A DNA stretch of 40,226 bases from Candidatus Methylomirabilota bacterium (GTDB lineage: Bacteria > Methylomirabilota > Methylomirabilia > Rokubacteriales > CSP1-6). The notes beneath the pieces were generated by a model. It worked only from the letters and a program-made list of their open reading frames with translations, ran no database searches and was not told where the DNA came from. The stretch spans positions 1 through 40,226 of the forward strand of contig JBKPAK010000144.1 in NCBI GenBank assembly GCA_046726415.1, in the 5' to 3' direction. Shown here piece by piece: positions 1 through 8,585 of this stretch (within the stretch, counting starts at the first letter, position 1; each line of letters opens with the position of its first letter). A program made the translations under genes and the position numbers.

Positions 1-420
1 GGACCGCCCTTCGGCAACTTCACCATGAACGAGACGGAATACGGCGCGTTCCTCAACTTCGAGTGGAAGCTCTTCGACGGCTTCGAGCGCGAGAACGCGC
101 TGCGCGAGGCGATCTCCCAGCGAGGAGCCGCCGAGGCGGAACTGGCCGCGCTCGAGCTGAAAGCGATTCGCGAGGTGTGGAAGGCCTACGCCGACGTGAA
201 GACGGCGCTGCGCAAGCACGAGTTCGCCCTGGCCCTGCTCGCCGCCTCCGAGGAAGCGTACGCGTCGACCCTGGAGTCGTATCGCTCGGCAGGGTTGGCG
301 ACGGTGCTCGATCTGCTGGCCGCCCAGCGCGACCTCGCCCGCGCTCGCACCACCGAGATCCAGACCCGCGCCGATCTCCTCACGGCCGCGGCCGCGCTGA
401 GCTTCGCGGCCGGTGATTAG
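1..420 (+). CDS. TolC-family outer membrane efflux protein, C-terminal part (5' partial)
   Basis: Frame is open from base 1. 'FEWKLFDGFERE' beta-strand, coiled-coil helices and 'Y.SAGLATVLDLLAAQRDL' are typical of the OEP repeat. Confidence 0.85.
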   Translation, partial: GPPFGNFTMNETEYGAFLNFEWKLFDGFERENALREAISQRGAAEAELAALELKAIREVWKAYADVKTALRKHEFALALLAASEEAYASTLESYRSAGLATVLDLLAAQRDLARARTTEIQTRADLLTAAAALSFAAGD

Positions 421-421
421 C

Positions 422-607
422 AAGGTTGGGACCTCGATCGCGGAGCGCTTCCACCCGGAAGGCCGGGCGGCGAGCCTCGTCGCAGATCGGCGCGAGGTTC
501 ACCGGAACCTCGGGCGAACACTTGGGGCAACCGCCGAAGCGCGCCTCGATGGGAAAGGTGGCGCCGCAGCGGACACAGCAGAGGCCGGCGAGCGGAGCGT
601 GAGCCAT
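422..607 (-). pseudogene. N-terminal remnant of a threonine synthase-like PLP enzyme
   Basis: MAHAPLAGLCCVRCGATFP...GCPKC is the Zn-ribbon N-terminus typical of ThrC. Similarity ends at 'RGPNL', just before the expected 'WRY' motif, where it runs into the tolC stop. No PLP domain is present. Confidence 0.6.
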
Positions 608-754
608 AGCGTCAGACGATCGGCGAGGCGGTCACCGCCGTCGGTGCCTCGGGGCAGTGAGATCTTCAGCTTCCCACGACCTTGACGTCCAGCACGTACC
701 AGCGCCCCCGCCGCCGCGACTGGTCGTGAGCGTGGGCGGGCAACTCACAGGGCC

Positions 755-764
755 ATGATACACT
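755..764. promoter_or_regulatory. Putative bidirectional -10 element (ATGATACACT)
   Basis: Plus strand reads TGaTACACT 9 nt before GTG 774; minus strand reads TATCAT. It lies in a divergent intergenic region. Confidence 0.4.
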
Positions 765-773
765 CCGCCCGGC

Positions 774-1142
774 GTGATCGCGGGGTGGTGCTGGCAGCTC
801 ATCGAGCCGTATCTGCGACGGAATCTCCTGAATCGCGGCGTGGCGCGCCCGACGCGGCGTCAGCTCCTCGAGGAGTTCGCGCGCGTGTGGCCCCAGTTTA
901 CCGCGACCATCGGGGTCCAGGCTCCGCACGCCGGGACCATTCGCTTCAAATGGCTCGCGCGTCTGCCCGCCGCGGATATGGAGCCCTTCCTGGCAGATCC
1001 CGAGGGCTGGATCGCAGCGCAGTTCGGCGGCGGGAAGTTCAAGCTGAACCTGCACCACGGCCTGCACTTCGTGAACACCAAGAACTTCAAACCGCCCGGG
1101 GAGCCACGCTGGGAGCAGGCGCCCGAGTTGGCCCTCGAGTGA
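774..1142 (+). CDS. Hypothetical protein (122 aa)
   Basis: Protein-like composition and GC3-rich codons, -10 element just upstream, no recognisable family. Confidence 0.75.
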   Translation: MIAGWCWQLIEPYLRRNLLNRGVARPTRRQLLEEFARVWPQFTATIGVQAPHAGTIRFKWLARLPAADMEPFLADPEGWIAAQFGGGKFKLNLHHGLHFVNTKNFKPPGEPRWEQAPELALE

Positions 1143-1189
1143 GCGCGCGCACTGATGGAGTTGGCCGCGAACGAGCGTGCGCGCTGATG
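1125..1189 (+). repeat. Imperfect tandem duplication (33/32 bp) spanning the stop of 774..1142 and the following intergenic sequence
   Basis: gagttggccctcgagtgagcgcgcgcactgatg (1125-1157) versus gagttggccgcgaacgagcgtgcgcgctgatg (1158-1189). Confidence 0.75.
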
Positions 1190-1196
1190 GAGGAGG

Positions 1197-1385
1197 GTGG
1201 CGATGCCAAGCGAGGAGACGAGGCGACTCCTGAAGGTGTTCGGGGTGGCGGTCACGAACCTCGAGGATGCCCTCGAGCAGAAGGAGCCCTTCGAGGAGAT
1301 CATGAAGTGGGATCGCGAGCTGGCGGAGCGGACTCGCGACATCATCGCGCTGGTCGAGCGCCTGCGCAGCCGCCGCATCCAGTGA
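1197..1385 (+). CDS. Small hypothetical helical protein (62 aa)
   Basis: Strong RBS (GGAGGAGG) upstream; amphipathic helices; stop overlaps the next start (GTGA). Confidence 0.75.
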   Translation: MAMPSEETRRLLKVFGVAVTNLEDALEQKEPFEEIMKWDRELAERTRDIIALVERLRSRRIQ

Positions 1386-2212
1386 CGCCGCTGGCCCCGC
1401 TGGTGGACGCGTCGGGAGTTGCTTTCGCGTCCGCCGGCCCTCCCCAGCGGATCGTCTCCCTCATCCCGAGCACCACGGAACTCCTGTGTGACCTCGGACT
1501 GGCCGACCGCCTGGTCGGCGTGACCGCCTACTGCGTGGAACCGCGGGCGGTGGTGCGCACCAAGCTCCGGATCGGCGGGGAGAAGGATCCCAACCTCGAG
1601 CGCATCCGCGCCCTCGCTCCCGACCTGGTGATCGCCAACGTGGAGGAGAACGTCCGCGCCCACATCGAGGCCTTGCGCGCGTGGGGCCTTCCGGTGTGGG
1701 TGACGTATCCGCGAAACGTGGGGGAGAGCTTGCGCATGATCGGCGAGCTGGGGCAGGTGACGGGGGCCGGCGGAAGAGCGGAAGCGATTCTGGCCGAGGT
1801 CGAGTCCCGCCTCGCCCGCGCGCGCGCGGAGGCGGCGCGCCGTCCCGCGGTGCGCGTGTTCTATCCGATCTGGCGAAATCCGTACATGACGGTCAGCGGC
1901 GACACCTACATCTCGGACGTCCTCGCCACCGCCGGCGCGGTCAACGTCTTCGGCGCGGAGGAGGCGCGCTATCCGACGATCGCGCTGGAGGAGATGGCGG
2001 CGCGCCGGCCGGACGTCATTCTGCTCCCGGATGAGCCGTTCCGCTTCAGGCGCGCGCATGTGAAGGACTTCGAGCCGTTCGCCGACGTCCCGGCCGTCCG
2101 CGATGGCCGCATCTACCTTGTGGACGGCAAGCCCTTTTCCTGGCACGGCCGGCGGCTCGCCGACGCCCTGCACCAGCTTCCTGCGCTCCTCGGCACCTCG
2201 TCGCGTTCGTAG
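1382..2212 (+). CDS. BtuF/TroA-like helical-backbone cobalamin/metal-chelate binding protein
   Basis: 'PQRIVSLIPSTTELL..LG...LVGVTAYC', 'IGGEKDPNLERIRALAPDLVIANVEEN' and 'PDVILLPDEPF'. Confidence 0.88.
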   Translation: MTPLAPLVDASGVAFASAGPPQRIVSLIPSTTELLCDLGLADRLVGVTAYCVEPRAVVRTKLRIGGEKDPNLERIRALAPDLVIANVEENVRAHIEALRAWGLPVWVTYPRNVGESLRMIGELGQVTGAGGRAEAILAEVESRLARARAEAARRPAVRVFYPIWRNPYMTVSGDTYISDVLATAGAVNVFGAEEARYPTIALEEMAARRPDVILLPDEPFRFRRAHVKDFEPFADVPAVRDGRIYLVDGKPFSWHGRRLADALHQLPALLGTSSRS

Positions 2213-2245
2213 GCCTCGAGCGCGGTATCGCGAGCGTCGCGCCCG

Positions 2246-2713
2246 CTACGCCTGGCGCGCGGCAGCGCGAATGGCCTCGACGATCAGGTGGTAGCCGGTG
2301 CAGCGGCAGAGGTTCCCGGCGATCGCCTCGCGGATCTCCTGCTCCGTCGGGTTGGGGTGCTCCTTCAGGAACGCCTTGGCGGTGAGCAGGATCCCCGGTG
2401 TGCAGAAGCCGCACTGCAGTCCGTGATGCTCCCAGAACGCGGCCTGGATCGGGTGGAGGCGATCGCCCTGGGCCAGTCCCTCGACCGTGGTTATTTCCGC
2501 CCCGTCCATCTGGACGGCGAGCAGCAGGCAGCTGCGGACGGGTTGCCCCGCGTCGAGCACGGTGCAGGCCCCGCACACCCCATGCTCGCAGCCGAGGTGC
2601 GTTCCCGTGAGCGTGAGATCCTCCCGCAGGAAGTCGGCCAAGGTGCGCCGGACCTCCACGGCGCGTTCGTGAAGCGCGCCGTTCACGCGGAGCCGGATCG
2701 TCCGGCTGGTCAT
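2246..2713 (-). CDS. Molybdenum hydroxylase small [2Fe-2S] subunit (CoxS/CutS family)
   Basis: GCEHGVCGAC, QCGFCTPG and NLCRCTGY motifs; ATG at 2713 overlaps the coxM-like stop. Confidence 0.95.
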   Translation of the reverse strand: MTSRTIRLRVNGALHERAVEVRRTLADFLREDLTLTGTHLGCEHGVCGACTVLDAGQPVRSCLLLAVQMDGAEITTVEGLAQGDRLHPIQAAFWEHHGLQCGFCTPGILLTAKAFLKEHPNPTEQEIREAIAGNLCRCTGYHLIVEAIRAAARQA

Positions 2714-3573
2714 GCGGGGCCGACGCGAGCGAGGGCGTCGGCCAGCGCGCGGGCGGTGAGGGTGGCGGCCACGCGGCGGCGATAGCCCGCCGACGCGTGC
2801 AGGTCCGATTGGGGATCGAGGCCGTCCGCGGCGAGGGCGGCCGCCTCGGCGAAGAGGGTCGAGCTGGGAGTTTGGCCCGTCAACGCTTGCTCGGTCGCGC
2901 GTGCCCGGGCGGCCACCGGGCCAACCCCGAACAGAGCGACCCGCGCGCGCTCGACGCGACCGCCGCGGACATCGAGGAGGGCGATGGCGCCGACGAGCGC
3001 GAAGTCGCCGTGGCGGCGGGCCACCTCGTGAAAGCCCCAACCGGCCAGCGGCCCGGGCAAGGACCAGCGCGTTTCCGTGACCAGCTCGTCGTTCCCCAGC
3101 GCCGTCATCAAGGGCCCCTGGAAAAAGTCTCCGGAAGGGATCAGGCGCTCGCTTCCGCGACGGTGCGCGACCACCGATCCGTCGAGGCACAGCAAGAGCG
3201 CGGGCAGCTCGGACGCGGGATCGGCGTGAGCGATGCTGCCGCCGACCGTGCCCCGATTGCGAATCGCCACGTGCCCCACGAGCCGAAGCGCGGAAGCAAA
3301 CAGCGGCTGGTGGCGCTCAGCCCAGCGTTCGAGTGCGCGTTGGCGGACGAGCGCTCCAACGCGCAGCGTCCCTGCCTCGATGGCGAGGGTGTCGAGGCCC
3401 GGCAGGCGGTTGATGTCAACGAGGGCCGCCGGCCGAGCGAGCCGTAGGTTCAGCATGGGCATGAGGCTCTGGCCACCGGCCAGGATCTTGGCCTCATCGC
3501 CGAGGCTCGCCAGTCGCTCCAGGGCCTCGTCGAGCGATCGTGGGTCGTGGTACTCGAACGGGGCCGGCTTCAC
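2710..3573 (-). CDS. Molybdenum hydroxylase medium FAD-binding subunit (CoxM/CutM family)
   Basis: MKPAPFEY, LAGGQSL and IRNRGTVGGSIAHADP motifs. Confidence 0.95.
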   Translation of the reverse strand: MKPAPFEYHDPRSLDEALERLASLGDEAKILAGGQSLMPMLNLRLARPAALVDINRLPGLDTLAIEAGTLRVGALVRQRALERWAERHQPLFASALRLVGHVAIRNRGTVGGSIAHADPASELPALLLCLDGSVVAHRRGSERLIPSGDFFQGPLMTALGNDELVTETRWSLPGPLAGWGFHEVARRHGDFALVGAIALLDVRGGRVERARVALFGVGPVAARARATEQALTGQTPSSTLFAEAAALAADGLDPQSDLHASAGYRRRVAATLTARALADALARVGPA

Positions 3574-5909
3574 TCGGCGCCCTCGAGCAGGGCGAGGATG
3601 CGGGCGGGGCTGGCCGGTGTCTCGCAGACGCGAACCCCGAACGGCGCCAGGGCATCATCGATGGCGTTGGCGATCGCGGCGGGCGGGGAGATGGCGCCGC
3701 CTTCGCCCAATCCCTTGATCCCGAGGGGATTGCGCGGCGAGGGGTACTCGAGATGGACCGTCTCGATGGGCGGAAGCTCCATGGCCGTGGGCACGAGATA
3801 GTCCAGGAACGTACCGGTGAGCAGCTGTCCTTCCTCGTCGTAGACCATTTCCTCGAAGAGCGCCCCGCCTACGCCCTGGGCGACGCCGCCGTGGACCTGT
3901 CCTTCGACGATGAGCGGATTGATGACCTTGCCGCAGTCATGGGCCACCAGGTAGCGGAGCAGCGTCACATAGCCGGTGCCCCTGTCGACCTCGACCACGG
4001 CCACGTGCACGGCGCTGGCCCACGTGACCGTCGGGACGTGGTGATAGGCCGTGGCTTCGAAGTCCGCTGACGCGACGCCAGGCCTGGCGAACGTGGGGAT
4101 CGACGCCTGGATGACCTTCGCGAGGTCGATGGCCGAGGAGGGCGTGCCCCGCACGAGGGCGCGGCCGTCCACGATGTCCACGTCGGCCGTCGAGGCTTCG
4201 AGGAGGGTGGCGGCGGCGCGGACGAGCTTCTCGCGCACTTGCTTCGCGGCCTCGGCGATCGAACTGCCCGCGGTGACGGCGCTGCGGCTGGCGTAGGTCC
4301 CGGTGCCGAACGGAATGGCCCCGGTGTCGCCGCCGATCACCGTCACCCACTCGAGGGGAACGCCGAGGGCATCCGCCGCCACCTGGGCGAAGCTCGTCTC
4401 GTGTCCCTGCCCGGAATTGACGGCGCCGGTCGCCACGAGCACGCGGCCGCTGGCGTCGAGCTTGACCGTGGCGCCTTCGTAGGGCCCGATGGCCGTGCCT
4501 TCGGCATACCCCGAGAGGCCGATCCCGCGATAGACCTGCCGGCGTCGCAGCCCGTCCTGCTCACGGCGGAATTCCGCGTAGTCGCTGGCCGACAGAGCCG
4601 ATTCCAGCGCCTCCGCAAAGTCGCCGCTGTCGTACACGAGCGGATTGCCGTCGCGGTACGGCATGCCGAAGTCGTACGGCAGCTCCTCCCCGCGAATGTA
4701 ATTTCGGCGGCGGATCTCGGCGGGGTCCAGGCCCAGCTCGCGAGCGAGGCAATCCACCGCGCGATCCATGGCGAAGACGGTCTCCGGACGCCCTGCCCCG
4801 CGATACGGTGCGTTCGGGGTCTTGTTGGTCAGAACCGCCTTGACGTCCACGCGCATGTGGCGAATGCGGTGGGGGCCGATGAGATGAGCCACCGTGTTGT
4901 ATGGCAAGACGATTCCCCACACGCTGTAGGCACCGAGGTCGAGCCAGATGCGATCGCGCACTCCGAGAATCGTCCCGTCGCGCGTGGCGGCGAGGGCAAT
5001 CTCGTGAGTCTGGTGGCGCGCGTGGGCGGCGCTCATCATGTGCTCACGGCGATCTTCTACCCACTTCACGGGTCGACCGAGCGCCCGGGCGGCGAGGGGA
5101 ACCAGCACGTCTTCCGGGTAGCCGGAGGCCTTGGTGCCGAATCCTCCGCCGAGGTCGGGGGCGACCACCCGGATCTTGTGATGCGGCAGCTCGAGGGCGA
5201 CGGCCAGCCCCTGCTGCACGAAATGGGAAACCTGCGTGCTATTCCACGTCGTGAGCGAGCCATCGCGGCGGTCCCACGACGCCACGACGCCGCGGCCCTC
5301 CAGCGGCATTCCCACGTAGCGTTGGATGCGAAACGTCTCCTGCAGCACCACGTCCGCCCCGGCGAAGGCGGTCTCGGGGTCGCCGATGCCGTGAGTGAAT
5401 GCGACGGCCACGTTGCTGCCACAGTCGGGATGGAGGAGCGGCGCCTCCACGGCGGCCGCCTTCATCATGTTCACCACGGCCGGCAGTGGGGCCCACTCGA
5501 CCTCGATGCGCTCGGCGGCATCCTCGGCCCGGTAGCGGCTGTCCGCCACGACCATGGCCACGATCTCGCCGACGTAGCGCGCCCGCTCCTCGCAGAGCGC
5601 GTACTGAATGGTCGGTTTGATGTCGAACGTCACGCGTGCCGCCAGTCCGGGCGGCGCCGCCCCGAACACGGGCAGCGGTTTCATCCAGCGGCGGAGGTTC
5701 TCAAACGTGAAGACGCCGAGCACGCCGGGCGTGGCCGCCGCGGCCTCGGTGCGGATGGACGAGATGCGGGCGTGCGCGTGCGGCGAGCGCAGGAACGCGG
5801 CGTGCAGCATCCCCGGCAGCACGATGTCATCGACGTAGCGCGCCTCGCCACGCAGGAAGCGCGGGTCTTCGCGGCGCTTGACGGCCGCCCCGAAGTACTT
5901 CGCGCCCAT
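3570..5909 (-). CDS. Xanthine dehydrogenase-family molybdopterin-binding large subunit (CoxL-like, not form I)
   Basis: RREDPRFLRG, GGGFGTK, active-site loop PYRGAGR, GQGHET, GQVHGGVAQG and KGLGEG. Confidence 0.95.
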   Translation of the reverse strand: MGAKYFGAAVKRREDPRFLRGEARYVDDIVLPGMLHAAFLRSPHAHARISSIRTEAAAATPGVLGVFTFENLRRWMKPLPVFGAAPPGLAARVTFDIKPTIQYALCEERARYVGEIVAMVVADSRYRAEDAAERIEVEWAPLPAVVNMMKAAAVEAPLLHPDCGSNVAVAFTHGIGDPETAFAGADVVLQETFRIQRYVGMPLEGRGVVASWDRRDGSLTTWNSTQVSHFVQQGLAVALELPHHKIRVVAPDLGGGFGTKASGYPEDVLVPLAARALGRPVKWVEDRREHMMSAAHARHQTHEIALAATRDGTILGVRDRIWLDLGAYSVWGIVLPYNTVAHLIGPHRIRHMRVDVKAVLTNKTPNAPYRGAGRPETVFAMDRAVDCLARELGLDPAEIRRRNYIRGEELPYDFGMPYRDGNPLVYDSGDFAEALESALSASDYAEFRREQDGLRRRQVYRGIGLSGYAEGTAIGPYEGATVKLDASGRVLVATGAVNSGQGHETSFAQVAADALGVPLEWVTVIGGDTGAIPFGTGTYASRSAVTAGSSIAEAAKQVREKLVRAAATLLEASTADVDIVDGRALVRGTPSSAIDLAKVIQASIPTFARPGVASADFEATAYHHVPTVTWASAVHVAVVEVDRGTGYVTLLRYLVAHDCGKVINPLIVEGQVHGGVAQGVGGALFEEMVYDEEGQLLTGTFLDYLVPTAMELPPIETVHLEYPSPRNPLGIKGLGEGGAISPPAAIANAIDDALAPFGVRVCETPASPARILALLEGAE

Positions 5910-5937
5910 CGGCGGTCAGGAGCCTGGCGACAAGTCG

Positions 5938-6009
5938 CGGAGCGCCCCGGCGTTGCCGAAGCGCTCCGAGCGCAGGGGGATATGGAGGGCCGTCTCGGAG
6001 CCCACCATG
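5938..6009 (+). repeat. Two-hairpin REP-like element, copy A
   Basis: Stem cggagcgc...gcgctccg followed by atggagggc-cgtctcgga-gcccaccat; resembles the elements at 16645 and 32092. Confidence 0.55.
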
Positions 6010-6012
6010 TTC

Positions 6013-6177
6013 TCAGGATCGCTTCTTACGGCCTGGGATGATCCAGTCGAGCCAGGGAGCGGCGGCAGCCAGGAAGAGCCCGGGGACGGCAACCCCGGCG
6101 ATGAAGCCGAGGATTCCGAGAAACACCAGGGAGATCGCGGTGATGCCGAAGTCGGCCAGCGAATCCATGGCGATCAC
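6013..6177 (-). CDS. Small membrane protein (about 51-54 aa), absent from the ORF track
   Basis: (VIA)MDSLADFGITAISLVFLGILGFIAGVAVPGLFLAAAAPWLDWIIPGRKKRS: long hydrophobic stretch and basic tail. GTG overlaps the ridA-like stop (GTGA); alternative ATG at 6168. Confidence 0.65.
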   Translation of the reverse strand: MIAMDSLADFGITAISLVFLGILGFIAGVAVPGLFLAAAAPWLDWIIPGRKKRS

Positions 6178-6638
6178 TCGACCTCGAGGATCATTTCGAT
6201 CTCAACGGGGATGCCCACGGGCAATTCCGCCATCCCCACCGCCGAGCGCGCGTGCTTGCCAATGGCCTCTCCGAACACCTCGACCATGAGGTCGGAGAAG
6301 CCGTTGATGACCTTGGGCTGGTCGCCGAAGCCCTCCGCGGAGTTGACCATGCCGAGGACCTTCACCACGCGCTTGACGCGATCGAGGCTGCCCAGTGCCG
6401 TCCGCGTCGTGGCGAGCAGGTTGAGACCGACCTCTCGCGCGACCTGGTAGCCCTGCTCCACCGAAAGGTCCTTGCCCACCTTGCCGCGCGGGTACGAGCC
6501 GTCGGCCTGGCGCACCGGACCATGGCCCGCGAGGAACAGCAGGTTGCCGGTGCGCACGGCGCTCACGTAGTTCGCCATGGGCGTGGGCGCCGTGGGCAGG
6601 ACGAGGTTCTTCTCTTTCAGGCGCGCTTCCGCGCTCAT
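6174..6638 (-). CDS. RidA/YjgF/UK114 family protein
   Basis: 'PTPMANYVSAVRTGNLLFLAGHG' and 'GKHARSAVGMAELP..IPVEIE'; GGAGG RBS before ATG 6638. Confidence 0.93.
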   Translation of the reverse strand: MSAEARLKEKNLVLPTAPTPMANYVSAVRTGNLLFLAGHGPVRQADGSYPRGKVGKDLSVEQGYQVAREVGLNLLATTRTALGSLDRVKRVVKVLGMVNSAEGFGDQPKVINGFSDLMVEVFGEAIGKHARSAVGMAELPVGIPVEIEMILEVE

Positions 6639-6680
6639 GCTCGACACACCTCCCTTGCGTGGTGACGTCGCCGCGACATC

Positions 6681-7499
6681 GTGGCACACTGGGTCGTGCC
6701 CGTCAAACAACGCCCCGCCACGCCATCCCCCGCGTCGACCCTTGTGCTGTTGCGCGATCGCCCTCCCCTCGACGTCGAAGTGCTGCTGATCCAGCGCCAT
6801 CGCGCGAGCAAGTTCGCGGCCGGTGACTATGTGTTTGCCGGAGGAAAGATCGAGGCCGACGACAATCCCCCCGACGCCGGCGGCTGGTGTGTGGGCCTCG
6901 ATGTCGGGAGGGCCGCCCGCGTGCTCGGCCTCGACGGCGATCGATCGGCGGCGCTGGGGTACTGGATCGGCGCCATCCGCGAAGCTTTCGAGGAGGTGGG
7001 CGTGCTCCTCGCCTACGGTCCGGACGGCCGGGCGGCCCGCGTCGATTCGCCCCGCTTCGCCGACTATCGGCGCGCCTGCCACGCCGACCACCGAACTTTC
7101 TGGGACATGCTGCGCGCCGAGCGCCTGACCTTGGCCACCGACCAGCTCGTCTACTTCGCCCACTGGATTACCCCTGAGGAACGTCCGCTTCGCTTCGACA
7201 CGCGATTCTTCGCGGCGCCCATGCCCTCGGGGCAGTCGGCCGTGGCCGACGACCGAGAGATCATCGACGTGCGCTGGCTGACGCCGACCGAGGCCTTCGC
7301 CGCCCGGGAGCGCGAGGAGATCTCCCTGCGGCTGCCCACCCAGAAGAATCTCGCGCTATTTCAGGGAGCGTCCTCGGTGACCGAGGCGCTGGCGCGACTC
7401 GCTGGCGGCGCCGTGCCCACTATCCGCCCTCGGATGGTGGTCGACGCGCAGAGCAAGGTCGAGCGCTCGGTCCTTCCCGGAGATCCGGGCTACCGCTGA
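6681..7499 (+). CDS. NUDIX hydrolase (NUDT19-like, possible CoA pyrophosphatase)
   Basis: 'YVFAGGKI', split Nudix box 'AIREAFEEVGV' and 'HWITP..RPLRFDTRFF'. Start could be GTG 6696. Confidence 0.88.
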   Translation: MAHWVVPVKQRPATPSPASTLVLLRDRPPLDVEVLLIQRHRASKFAAGDYVFAGGKIEADDNPPDAGGWCVGLDVGRAARVLGLDGDRSAALGYWIGAIREAFEEVGVLLAYGPDGRAARVDSPRFADYRRACHADHRTFWDMLRAERLTLATDQLVYFAHWITPEERPLRFDTRFFAAPMPSGQSAVADDREIIDVRWLTPTEAFAAREREEISLRLPTQKNLALFQGASSVTEALARLAGGAVPTIRPRMVVDAQSKVERSVLPGDPGYR

Positions 7500-7583
7500 T
7501 CGCAGCCGCTTCTGACCATGGGGACCCGCCGGTTCTGGAACGGGCGTGGCGGTGCTATCTAGGACCATGCCACTGGAGCGTCG

Positions 7584-8561
7584 ATGGCCGCGCCGCTGAG
7601 GCTCGGGCTCATCGGAGCCGGCACGCATGGGTCGCGATACGCGCGCCACATCGTCGAGGACCTCCCGGACGCGGTGCTCATCGCCCTGTCCCGGCGCGAT
7701 CGGGCGGAAGGCGAGAAAGCCGCGGCGACCTTCGGCTGCGCTTGGATCGGCGACTTCCGCGCCCTCATTGATCGTCCGGACATCGACGCCGTGGTGGCTG
7801 CCGTGCCTCCATGGTTGCACGGGGCCATCGTGGAAGCGGCCATCCGTGCCGGCAAGCCGCTGCTGATCGAGAAGCCGCTCGGCCCGACTCTGGCCGAGGC
7901 CCGGCGCATCCGCGACCTCATTGCCGTTCACACTCTGCCCTGCATGGTGGCGCATACCCTGCGCTTCAACGGCGTGGTCCGCGCCCTGCGCGCCCACCTG
8001 TCCGACATTGGGCCGCTGCAGACGATGTGCCTGAGTCAGCGCTTCGAGCCATCGACGGTGTCGTGGCTCGATCGCCCCACCGAGGCCGGCGGCGGCATCA
8101 CCCTGCACACGGGCGTGCACAGCTTTGATCTGCTGCGGCACCTCAGCGCTCTAGAGGTGGAGCAGGTATGGGGGACGATCGATCGCCGCTTCACTCGCGA
8201 GACGGAGGACATGTTCACGCTCATGTTCTGGATGCGCGGCGGCGAGGTCCAGGGCACCGTGGCCGGCTCGCGCACCACCCTCGGCCGCAATGGGCTCATC
8301 GAGCTGGCCGGGGAGCGTGGTCAGCTCGTGGGCGACCACGTGCACGGCTTCGCCTACCGGCTGTGGGGCCGCGAGCACGCCGCGCTGCCCCTCGAGCGCG
8401 ACGTGCCGACAGTGCGGGATGCCGTGCGCGCCTTCGTGACGGCGGTGCGCGACGGGACGCCAGTCCCCATCACGGTGGAGGACGGCTTCCGGGCAGTGGC
8501 CGTGGCCGACGCCTGCTACCGTTCGGCCGCTCTCGGCCAGCGCGTGAACGTGGAGGATTGA
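7584..8561 (+). CDS. Gfo/Idh/MocA family oxidoreductase
   Basis: Rossmann motif 'LGLIGAGTHG', 'LIEKP' and 'GGGITLHTGVHSFD'. Confidence 0.92.
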   Translation: MAAPLRLGLIGAGTHGSRYARHIVEDLPDAVLIALSRRDRAEGEKAAATFGCAWIGDFRALIDRPDIDAVVAAVPPWLHGAIVEAAIRAGKPLLIEKPLGPTLAEARRIRDLIAVHTLPCMVAHTLRFNGVVRALRAHLSDIGPLQTMCLSQRFEPSTVSWLDRPTEAGGGITLHTGVHSFDLLRHLSALEVEQVWGTIDRRFTRETEDMFTLMFWMRGGEVQGTVAGSRTTLGRNGLIELAGERGQLVGDHVHGFAYRLWGREHAALPLERDVPTVRDAVRAFVTAVRDGTPVPITVEDGFRAVAVADACYRSAALGQRVNVED

Positions 8562-8584
8562 TCCGGGTGCCCGCGCACCGGATC
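8560..8584. terminator. Hairpin between convergent genes (possible terminator)
   Basis: gatccgggtgc-ccgc-gcaccggatc stem-loop with no U-tract. It abuts both the Gfo stop and the extended ATPase stop at 8586. Confidence 0.4.
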
Positions 8585-8585
8585 G

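Noticed and set aside
666..750. 'RRRGRWYVLDVKVVGS' resembling an MlaC-like C-terminal strand
   Set aside because: Too short and with no supportable start; it may be a remnant but cannot be supported.
3570..5909. Calling this a true aerobic CO dehydrogenase (coxL form I)
   Set aside because: It lacks AYxCSFR and the accessory cox genes.
5916..6008. 30-aa minus-strand ORF MVGSETALHIPLRSERF...
   Set aside because: It coincides with the REP-like hairpins and has no RBS, so it is probably incidental.
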